Source: Halanaerobium saccharolyticum (GTDB lineage Bacteria; Bacillota; Halanaerobiia; Halanaerobiales; Halanaerobiaceae). Taken from it: DNA of 32,000 bases. Position 1 is the stretch's first letter. Each line of letters starts with the position of its first letter. Below, piece after piece: positions 17,023-24,250 of this stretch. A program made the position numbers and the translations under genes. Where the stretch lies: the NCBI RefSeq assembly GCF_003259895.1, contig NZ_QLME01000001.1, positions 26,152-58,151 of the forward strand, in the 5' to 3' direction. The notes under the pieces are model-generated. The model searched no databases and was not told the origin of the DNA. It saw only the letters and a program-made list of their open reading frames with translations.

Positions 17023-18303
17023 TTAGACTAAAGAAAATAAAGCGAAAATATTAGCAATAATACCAACCATTATAGCTGCTGTAGGTCCAACTGCCATTCT
17101 TACTATTGGCTGATCTCCAATTTCGTTTAAAATATAGAGTCCGGCCACAAAGAAAAACCCAAATCCTGGTATGATTGCATTGGCAGCATTCATACCTCCA
17201 ACTAAGAGGGCTACTTCTAAAACTTTAGACATCGAAGTCCTAATATTATCACCGGCTTTTTTAATTCCAGGAAACTTATCAAGCAGAGTTGCAACTTTAC
17301 CCAGTAATAAAATCTCTATGGAAATAATTACAGCACCTACAATTGCAGCAATCAATGGGTTCTGAATAAATAGAGCCGCTGCAAAAATAAATGTCATTCC
17401 TACAGGCCCATATACTCCTGTAGCTATTGCTGTAGTAGCAATTAAAGGAACAAAACCAACTGCTCTGGCTAAAGCAGCAAGTGCAGCTTCATTTATTGCA
17501 CCCTCACTTACTAAGTTTAAGGAAATAGGATCTCCTGCCAGAATTAGATAAGCAGTAGCAGCCGAAACTAATCCACCCATCACAGCTAAATAGGGTAAGT
17601 TGCTTTTAATTCTTTCCACCCTTTTACTAAAAATTGAAACTAAATCACCAACATTACTTTCTTCTCCCTTTTCTCCAGCGGCGAAGATTAATAAGGTTGT
17701 CATACCAGCAATTAGTGCCATTCCTTCGGGATTAATACTTATTTCAAGACCATTAATCATTAAGGGGCTAACAACAACTGCAATTTGTCTCACTATTCCA
17801 GTAAGGATTAAAGTAAATCCACCTTTTTTGATTCCAAACTGATAAGCAACAGCCAGGGCAGGGAAAGCAGCAAAGGCTACAACTATTGGACTACCTACAG
17901 CTCCCAGATCTTCTAAAAAGTTAACAGGTAAAACTTCAAATAAATTTACAATTGCTTCCAGACCATAAGTTAAACCAACACCATATAGAGCACCAACTAC
18001 TCCAGCGCCAGCTGCACCTTTGTTATTATCTGGGGCCCAGGTACCAATAATATCTGTACCCAATAAAATACTATGTATTAAAATAATATTTGCCGATAAA
18101 CTAAATGGAATTCCAAAACCAACAACCAGACCAAAACTCATAGCAAAAGAAGTAGCAGCAAGTTCTTTACGGCTCATTCTATTTTCTACATATTCTGGTA
18201 TTACCGGACGCAAACTATCATTAAATACAGCAATCCCCTTATTTGCAAGTATAGCAGCCATTCCACCAATTAAAGCCATTAGTATTAATTGCATTATTCT
18301 CAC
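17023..18303 (-). CDS. yhfT: YhfT-like polytopic inner-membrane protein (putative transporter)
   Basis: 426 aa, highly hydrophobic and Gly/Ala/Ile-rich with at least 10 predicted helices by eye. Its size matches E. coli YhfT (434 aa) and it sits next to a DUF2620 gene, as in E. coli. Confidence 0.75.
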   Translation of the reverse strand: MRIMQLILMALIGGMAAILANKGIAVFNDSLRPVIPEYVENRMSRKELAATSFAMSFGLVVGFGIPFSLSANIILIHSILLGTDIIGTWAPDNNKGAAGAGVVGALYGVGLTYGLEAIVNLFEVLPVNFLEDLGAVGSPIVVAFAAFPALAVAYQFGIKKGGFTLILTGIVRQIAVVVSPLMINGLEISINPEGMALIAGMTTLLIFAAGEKGEESNVGDLVSIFSKRVERIKSNLPYLAVMGGLVSAATAYLILAGDPISLNLVSEGAINEAALAALARAVGFVPLIATTAIATGVYGPVGMTFIFAAALFIQNPLIAAIVGAVIISIEILLLGKVATLLDKFPGIKKAGDNIRTSMSKVLEVALLVGGMNAANAIIPGFGFFFVAGLYILNEIGDQPIVRMAVGPTAAIMVGIIANIFALFSLV

Positions 18304-18327
18304 TCCCGTTTTTTGTTAGACTTTACT

Positions 18328-18684
18328 TTAGTTTAAAATGTTCTTTAATAAAAGAGTCACAGCTTTTTCTAAATGATCTGAAGTAAAACCAAAAGCAACT
18401 TTTCCTGCTTCAAGTTCTTCAACTATTTTTTCCTCTTTAGGTGGCTTAGCAGGCATTGAAATCGTAGCGCATTTAGTGCTGCTCAAGATTGCCATGGCCA
18501 TTCCTAATGCTCCTCCACCACCGGTATGACAGGCACCAAAATAATAATCAGCTTTTCCCTGCTTAATTGTATTCGCCGCTTTAATATCATCCATGATCTC
18601 TACCTCTACTTGATCACCGGCAATTTCTTTAATTTTTTTAGCAATTTTTTGTTTGTCAACCTGACCGCCTACAACTATCTTCAT
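18328..18684 (-). CDS. yhfU: YhfU-like DUF2620 protein
   Basis: 118 aa. ADYYFGACHTGGGGALGMAMAIL and GKVAFGF match the E. coli YhfU sequence as I remember it (DYYIGACNTGAGAAL, GKVAFG). The start codon overlaps the yhfY-like stop by 1 nt (TAATG). Confidence 0.8.
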   Translation of the reverse strand: MKIVVGGQVDKQKIAKKIKEIAGDQVEVEIMDDIKAANTIKQGKADYYFGACHTGGGGALGMAMAILSSTKCATISMPAKPPKEEKIVEELEAGKVAFGFTSDHLEKAVTLLLKNILN

Positions 18685-19058
18685 TATTTATTCCCCCCCT
18701 CTTTTTTTATTAAATTACCAAAATGTAAAACTAAATAATTTTTTTCTCCAGCTGGAATTTCAATTTCGGTTTCAGCTTCAATTTGCTCTATAAAATCCAT
18801 ACAGTCAGAATAAAATTTTTCTTTTTTTAACTCTGCTAAAACCATCTCATTTAAATCTTCTACTTCTTCACCTTTTTTTATCCTCATCAGAGCCATCGGT
18901 AAATGGGTTACCAGCATTGCTGCATTCTCATTTTTTAATTCTAAATTAAAATCTGATTCAAACTTTTTCAATAAACTTTCTATCTTTTTCTTTAGTTCTG
19001 TTTCCAGTTGATCACCTTCAACTAAAATCTCTAATCTCTGTTTTAATTTAGGATCCAT
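18684..19058 (-). CDS. yhfY: YhfY-like stand-alone PRD-domain protein
   Basis: 124 aa all-helical protein with two His-centred segments (AAMLVTHLPMALMR and NYLVLHFGNL) resembling PRD phosphorylation sites. Same size as E. coli YhfY (~120 aa). Confidence 0.7.
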   Translation of the reverse strand: MDPKLKQRLEILVEGDQLETELKKKIESLLKKFESDFNLELKNENAAMLVTHLPMALMRIKKGEEVEDLNEMVLAELKKEKFYSDCMDFIEQIEAETEIEIPAGEKNYLVLHFGNLIKKEGGNK

Positions 19059-19068
19059 TCTCTTCCTC

Positions 19069-20004
19069 CTAATACTCAGGAATTAATTTGTGATTATATA
19101 CTTCTTTTTGAGCTTTAATTACCTCTTCAGGATCAATTGTCTTGGCTAAAATCCTCTTAATCATTCTGCTGTTTTTATTAACCAAAATTACCGCATTACT
19201 GATATCTTTATTTTTGGCAGTCGATTTATCATTCTGCAGTTCAGTAAAGTTTATATTATCAAGGTCTTTAATCTCATCATAATTCCAGACTGCTGCATCT
19301 ATAGTTTTATTTTTTATATGCTCCATTATTTTCATGTAGGTCAATTCTATAAATTCTACATCCTGATTTTGACATTCCAGCTTTGTTAGTATCTTATGAT
19401 CAATAGAAGTTGAATCAAGTCCAACTTTCATCCCATTTTCAATTTTTGCAGCTTCCGGATCCGAAAAAACTATCACATGTTTAGAAAGATAGGTACCCGG
19501 TCCAAATTCACAAAAAAGTTCAAATTGATCCCGATCTTCATGATTCTGGGCAGCAAATTTAGATAAAACAATAAAATCATATTTATCATCTTTTAAGACA
19601 TTCAATCGTTTTTCCGCACCTCTGGTATAGGCAATACTGTAATTAAAATCTGCTTTTTTAAACTCCTGATTTAATCCAGTTGCCAGCCCCTCATAACGCA
19701 GAGAATAAGGCAGTGGTAAAAGTCCCATTATCATTCCTAAATCTGCAATTTCCCAGAGCAGGTGATAATCTAAATCAAGAATATAGCTGCCTAAATGTCC
19801 TTTTGATTCCAGCTCTACAGCCTGATGTTCAGTTAAAAATGATATTGCAGACTGGATAGTGCCTCGTCCGGTGTTATAGCGCTCCGCATAACCACTAATT
19901 GTATCAATTCTTTCGCCTTTGTTTTTTAAGAAAAAATCCCGGGCCAGCATTGAAGTTATGAAGCCGATTTTTGACATCATTTTGCTCTTTATTTCAGAAA
20001 CCAT
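19069..20004 (-). CDS. yhfZ: YhfZ-like transcriptional regulator (N-terminal winged HTH plus C-terminal binding-protein-like domain)
   Basis: 311 aa, against ~301 aa for E. coli YhfZ. HTH-like segment ISGYAERYNTGRGTIQSAISFLTEHQAVELESKGHLGSYI. GGAGG lies 6 nt upstream of the ATG at 20004. First gene of the operon. Confidence 0.75.
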   Translation of the reverse strand: MVSEIKSKMMSKIGFITSMLARDFFLKNKGERIDTISGYAERYNTGRGTIQSAISFLTEHQAVELESKGHLGSYILDLDYHLLWEIADLGMIMGLLPLPYSLRYEGLATGLNQEFKKADFNYSIAYTRGAEKRLNVLKDDKYDFIVLSKFAAQNHEDRDQFELFCEFGPGTYLSKHVIVFSDPEAAKIENGMKVGLDSTSIDHKILTKLECQNQDVEFIELTYMKIMEHIKNKTIDAAVWNYDEIKDLDNINFTELQNDKSTAKNKDISNAVILVNKNSRMIKRILAKTIDPEEVIKAQKEVYNHKLIPEY

Positions 20005-20023
20005 TTAATTCCTCCTTTTTAAT

Positions 20024-20080
20024 ATACAATTTTCTGTACAATAGAATAAAAATAAAATACAATGTACTGTATTCTGTATA
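20024..20080. promoter_or_regulatory. Two inverted-repeat operator candidates, ATACA-N6-TGTA(C/T), plus an extra TCTGTATA half-site
   Basis: ATACAattttcTGTAC at 20024-20039 and ATACAatgtacTGTAT at 20057-20072 are 33 bp apart centre to centre. TCTGTATA lies at 20073-20080. All sit between the predicted -10 and the yhfZ-like RBS. Confidence 0.5.
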
Positions 20081-20082
20081 TT

Positions 20083-20111
20083 AGTTTAGCATAAGATTTA
20101 AAATTTTGCAA
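20083..20111 (-). promoter_or_regulatory. Sigma-A type promoter of the yhf-like operon
   Basis: On the minus strand: TTGCAA (20111-20106), a 17-nt spacer, then TAAACT (20088-20083), directly downstream of a terminator. Confidence 0.5.
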
Positions 20112-20130
20112 CTATTAATCTAAGTTATCT

Positions 20131-20164
20131 AAAAACTGCAGCCCATAACTGCCTGAGCTGCAGC
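20131..20164 (-). terminator. Rho-independent terminator after the NagB-like gene
   Basis: On the minus strand, GCTGCAG/CTGCAGC stem arms (plus-strand 20136-20142 and 20157-20163) are followed by TTTTT (plus-strand A-run 20131-20135). Confidence 0.65.
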
Positions 20165-20201
20165 CATTACAATCTTAAAATCATTTATTTAAACTCATAT
20201 T

Positions 20202-20939
20202 TTATAACAATTTAGCCGAATCTTCATCTAAAAAGACATCTGTACTTTTATGCTCTTTTAAAATTGAGGCAGGACAGTCAACTGTAACTTCATCACCAGC
20301 TAAACAATTCTTAACTGCCTCAGCTTTTCTGGCGCCGGGTACTGTGCAGATAATATTTTCGGACTTCATAATTTGTTTAACTGTCATCGTAATCGCATTT
20401 TTTGGAACATCAGCAATAGTCTCAAACCAGCCTTCTTTAACCTGCTGTTTTCTGGAAACATCATCCAGCTCAACAATAATAAATGGATCCTCTTCTTCAA
20501 AATCTGCAGGTGGTTCATTAAAAGCCAGATGACCATTTTCACCTATGCCAACAAATGCAGCCTGAATTTTATCTTCTTCCTTAATTTTTTGATTTAAGCT
20601 CTGACATTCTTTTTCCGGATCATTCATCCCATCTATTAAGTTAATTTCTTTTAATTCACCAACTTCAGAGATAAAGTTTTCTTTAATATATTTTCTAAAA
20701 CTAGCCTTATGAGTTTCGTCTAGCCCGAGATATTCATCTAAATGATAAAGTTTAGTTTTGGACCAATCTATATCATCGAATTCTACTAATTCAGCTAAAA
20801 AATCAAGTTGAGAATTACCGGTAGCGATGATAAATACTGCTTCCCCATCTTTTTCGATGCTTTCAATCAAAATTTCTCTAGCTCTTTCTGCGGCGTATTT
20901 ACTTGTTGTTTTTTTGTCCTGATAAACATTTATTTTCAT
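20202..20939 (-). CDS. Glucosamine-6-phosphate deaminase/isomerase family protein (NagB-like)
   Basis: 245 aa. Motifs ATGNSQLDF, YHLDEYLGL and GIGENGHLAFNEP align by eye to NagB motifs (PTGGTP, NMDEYVGL, GVGNDGHIAFNEP). AGGAGG RBS. Confidence 0.8.
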   Translation of the reverse strand: MKINVYQDKKTTSKYAAERAREILIESIEKDGEAVFIIATGNSQLDFLAELVEFDDIDWSKTKLYHLDEYLGLDETHKASFRKYIKENFISEVGELKEINLIDGMNDPEKECQSLNQKIKEEDKIQAAFVGIGENGHLAFNEPPADFEEEDPFIIVELDDVSRKQQVKEGWFETIADVPKNAITMTVKQIMKSENIICTVPGARKAEAVKNCLAGDEVTVDCPASILKEHKSTDVFLDEDSAKLL

Positions 20940-21069
20940 TTTTTGTTTCCTCCTAAGAAGATTGTATGGCTTAAATTTTTAGACTTAATTTATATTTCAC
21001 GGTCAGTATTACTCTCCCTGCATTTTAGAAAATATTTTTAAACTTATTAAATCCTTAAATTGCAATGAT

Positions 21070-21109
21070 AAAAATCCTGCCGTTTTTAAAATTACTTAAA
21101 ACAGCAGGA
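21070..21109 (-). terminator. Rho-independent terminator after the aldolase gene
   Basis: TCCTGCCGTTTT (21075-21086) pairs with AAAACAGCAGGA (21098-21109) with one mismatch. A plus-strand A-run at 21070-21074 gives the U-tract on the minus strand. Confidence 0.65.
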
Positions 21110-21195
21110 CTCTAGTTACTATTTAATTAGATTTATTAACAACACCCAGGCCGCAATTTGATTTCAGGACTTATTCTTTATATTTTATATCAGCT

Positions 21196-21834
21196 CTAAA
21201 CTTCTCTGGCCTTTGCTATTTTTTCAACAAAAGCCGCCGCAGTTTGAGTCACTTTATCAAAATCTCCAGTTTTGGCACCAGCAGTAAGGGAACTGCCAAC
21301 TCCAACCGCTGCACTTCCGGCCTTAATCCATTCTGCAACATTATCCAGACTAACTCCTCCAGTAGGCAGCAGTGGTGCCTGGGGTACTGGTCCTTTAATT
21401 GCTTTGATGATCTTTGGTCCAAAAAGCGAGGCCGGGAAAATTTTAACTAAATCAGCACCCGCTTCCATAGCTTTTACTACCTCAGTTACTGTCATTGCTC
21501 CCGGGATTACAGGCTTCTGATATCTATTAGCTAACTTAACCATCTCCTCATTAAAAGAGGGACTGACAATGTATTCCGCCCCTGCCAGAATACAGGTTCT
21601 AGCAGTTTCGGCATCCAGAACAGAACCAGCTCCTATTATGATCTCCTCTCCCTCAAATTCTTTACTTAATTCAGAGATAACATCCACCGCTCCGGGAACT
21701 GTCATGGTGATTTCCAGACCTTTTATTCCTCCTTTTTTGACTGCCCGCGCAATCTTGACTGCCTCATCTCCATTTTGAGCTCTAATCACAGCAACGATAC
21801 CTGTTTCCTGCAGTTTATTAATTGTATTCATCAT
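21196..21834 (-). CDS. eda: KDPG / 4-hydroxy-2-oxoglutarate aldolase family protein (Eda-like)
   Basis: TIM-barrel class I aldolase pattern (GIVAVIRA, GGIKGLEITMT, VKIFPA, PTGGV). I moved the start to the ATG at 21834 (GGAAGG upstream). The longer ORF-track start at 21882 lies inside the kinase gene. Confidence 0.8.
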   Translation of the reverse strand: MMNTINKLQETGIVAVIRAQNGDEAVKIARAVKKGGIKGLEITMTVPGAVDVISELSKEFEGEEIIIGAGSVLDAETARTCILAGAEYIVSPSFNEEMVKLANRYQKPVIPGAMTVTEVVKAMEAGADLVKIFPASLFGPKIIKAIKGPVPQAPLLPTGGVSLDNVAEWIKAGSAAVGVGSSLTAGAKTGDFDKVTQTAAAFVEKIAKAREV

Positions 21835-23287
21835 AATCATCCTTCCGCTTAGTTTTTTGATACCAGTATTTATACTTCTCAAACCGCGACTGATAAAATT
21901 GATGCCGCTCTAAATTAAAATCGATAACTTTACCAGCTTCTGGCTGATAATTACTTAAATCTTTAATTTCTCCCAGAGCCTTTAGCCCCAGGATTATTGA
22001 TCCCATCGTCGAAGAATCTTTAAATTCCGATACAATCATTTTTCTTCCAAAAATATCGGCAGCCATCTGCAGCCACTTCTCAGAATTTGTAATACCACCA
22101 GAAATCCTTATTTTTTCCGGTTTTAAACCCATTTCTTCAATAATTAAATAGGACTGGTAAAGGTTGAATAAAACTCCTTCCAGAATTGAATAATATAAGT
22201 CGGCAGATAAATGGCTGCCTTTCAGCTCACAGAACTGGGCTTTTCGCTTATCCTGCCAGCCGGGACATCGCTCACCATAAATAAAAGGCAAAAAAATTGG
22301 AGCTTTATTTTTGTTTACATCTTTGAGAGAGTTTTCTAATTCCATGAAGTTAGAATCATTTTCTTTTATCTTATTTTTAAACCACTGAGTACAGTTGCCG
22401 GCCCCAGAAGTAGCTGCCCCGACTATCCTTTTTCCTTCAGCCCCATAATAGCACCAGGTAGCTGGTGCAGACGGAATTTTAGCTTTACTGGATGTAACCC
22501 GCAGGGCCCCGCTGGTGCCAACCGAGAGGGTCATCAGCTTAGATTTTAAACCACCTGCCGCTATCTGATTAAGAGCTCCATCTGGTCCGGGAATTAAGAC
22601 AGGCAACCCAGGTTTTAAGCCAAGTTTTAGCGCCGCTTTTTTAGTTAAGCCAGCCTGATAATTAAGTTTTTTTAGTGGTGATAACTGTTTGGCTGAAAGA
22701 CCGGCAAAATCAAGTATTTCCTGGTCCCAGCTGAGATCATGAATATTAAAGATCCCTGTTCCCGAAGCTGATGCTAGAGAAATTGCCCGGCTTTTAGTTA
22801 ATTTCTCAAAAATATATTCTGGTTTAGATGAAAGATAGATTTGATCCACTTTAAAGCTGCTTTTATCTAAATTCATAAACTTCCAGAGAGGATAAATACT
22901 GTGCACAGGACAGCCTGTTTTTTGATATATCTTTTGAGCTAATTTTTTCTTTTTTCTGTACTTTGACACTGTCTCACCGGCAGAGGTATCAGCCCAGGTT
23001 AAAATCTCAGTCAGGGGCTTTCTATCCTGATCTAAAAGCAGGAAGCTGTGCCAGGTGCTGACCAGAGTTATTAATTCTATCTTGTTTTTTTCTGCCTGAG
23101 TCAGATCATTAATTAACTGCACAGCAGTCTTGATAATAAAATTATATAAAAGCTGGGCTGACTGCCTTTCCATATCTCCAGTCGTCTGCTCATAATTTTT
23201 GCTTAGATTTTTAATAATTCCCTTTGCCCGGGAAAACAGTGTCACTTTAACAGCTGAAGTACTAAACTCCAGAGCCAGAATGTACAT
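21818..23287 (-). CDS. FGGY-family carbohydrate kinase (gluconokinase/xylulokinase-like)
   Basis: 489 aa. The N-terminus MYILALEFSTSAVKVTLF aligns to the FGGY phosphate-1 motif, and the C-terminal RISGGITNSEKWLQMAADIFG to the FGGY signature-2 region. GAGGAGG RBS. Confidence 0.8.
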   Translation of the reverse strand: MYILALEFSTSAVKVTLFSRAKGIIKNLSKNYEQTTGDMERQSAQLLYNFIIKTAVQLINDLTQAEKNKIELITLVSTWHSFLLLDQDRKPLTEILTWADTSAGETVSKYRKKKKLAQKIYQKTGCPVHSIYPLWKFMNLDKSSFKVDQIYLSSKPEYIFEKLTKSRAISLASASGTGIFNIHDLSWDQEILDFAGLSAKQLSPLKKLNYQAGLTKKAALKLGLKPGLPVLIPGPDGALNQIAAGGLKSKLMTLSVGTSGALRVTSSKAKIPSAPATWCYYGAEGKRIVGAATSGAGNCTQWFKNKIKENDSNFMELENSLKDVNKNKAPIFLPFIYGERCPGWQDKRKAQFCELKGSHLSADLYYSILEGVLFNLYQSYLIIEEMGLKPEKIRISGGITNSEKWLQMAADIFGRKMIVSEFKDSSTMGSIILGLKALGEIKDLSNYQPEAGKVIDFNLERHQFYQSRFEKYKYWYQKTKRKDDYDEYN

Positions 23288-23311
23288 TTTTTACCTCCTC
23301 AAATATCAATA

Positions 23312-24127
23312 TTAAACTCCAGAGTAAGCTGCAAAGCCGCCGTCAATTGGGATAATCGAACCATTTACAAAAGAAGAGGCATCTGAGGCCAGCCAGATTA
23401 CAGCTCCTATTAATTCTTCCGGACTGCCGTAGCGGTTCATTGGCGTATTATTTTTAATCTTTTTACCTCTTGCGGTTTCCTCGCCGGTTTCCTGATCAAT
23501 CAGTAAATACTTGTTTTGAGTTGTTAGTAAAAAGCCGGGAGCAATTGCATTTACTCTTATTTTTTCCGAAATATTTTGATTTAGATAAACCGCAAGCCAC
23601 TGGGTAAAATTACTGACAGCAGCCTTAGCTGCAGAATAAGCAATGGTTTTAGTCAGGGGACTGATAGCTGCCATCGAAGAAATATTTATAATACTCCCCT
23701 TCTCATTATTTGCAATTTCTTTTCCAAAAACCTGAGAAGTTAAAACAGTGCCTAAAAAATTAAGATTAAAGACCCATTTTATGGCATCCTCAGGCAGATC
23801 AAAAAAATCAAGCTCTTCACTGGTAGTTGCTTCTTTTTTATTACCGCCTGCCCCATTGATCAGAATATCCACTCTGCCAAATTCAGCTAACACTTCCTCT
23901 CTGGCATTTTTTAGACTCTCTTTATTTAAAACATCAGTTTTGACAGCTAAAACCTCACCGCCATTTTCTTTAATCTCAGCTGCTATCTCCAGGGCAGGCT
24001 CCAGATTAATATCTAAAAGTCCTATTTTCGCTCCCTGTTGAGCAAGTTCCAGCGCAATTTTGCTGCCTAAAACTCCACCGGCACCGGTTATTACCGCAAC
24101 TTGATCTTTAATATCAAAAATATCCAT
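23312..24127 (-). CDS. Short-chain dehydrogenase/reductase (resembles SDR-type mannonate/fructuronate oxidoreductases)
   Basis: TGAGGVLG cofactor motif and YSAAKAAV catalytic YxxxK. 271 aa. Confidence 0.8.
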   Translation of the reverse strand: MDIFDIKDQVAVITGAGGVLGSKIALELAQQGAKIGLLDINLEPALEIAAEIKENGGEVLAVKTDVLNKESLKNAREEVLAEFGRVDILINGAGGNKKEATTSEELDFFDLPEDAIKWVFNLNFLGTVLTSQVFGKEIANNEKGSIINISSMAAISPLTKTIAYSAAKAAVSNFTQWLAVYLNQNISEKIRVNAIAPGFLLTTQNKYLLIDQETGEETARGKKIKNNTPMNRYGSPEELIGAVIWLASDASSFVNGSIIPIDGGFAAYSGV

Positions 24128-24250
24128 TTTAAACCTCCTAATTTTCTCGCTAAATTTAATCTGTTATCTCCAATCAATCTTTTCTGAGCCTGAGTCCAGT
24201 CCTCTCCTAATTTCAGGCCAATCATTTGCATCCTAATTCTGGCTAATTTT

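Noticed and set aside
11856-18738. Numerous short ORFs antisense or out of frame within the yhf-like operon (11856-12083, 12080-12319, 12841-13029, 13505-13720, 13833-14045, 15552-15791, 17171-17365, 17600-17842, 18020-18319, 18526-18738)
   Set aside because: All are nested in longer ORFs with family-level motifs and coupled start/stop junctions. None has an RBS or a recognisable domain.
20344-21041. ORFs 20344-20532, 20373-20597 and 20808-21041 on the plus strand over the NagB-like gene
   Set aside because: These are antisense shadow ORFs. The last one extends into the promoter region but has no RBS.
21244-21882. Plus-strand ORFs over the aldolase gene, and the long aldolase start at 21882
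   Set aside because: The plus-strand ORFs are antisense shadows. The 21882 start would place 16 extra codons inside the kinase gene with no RBS, whereas the ATG at 21834 follows GGAAGG.
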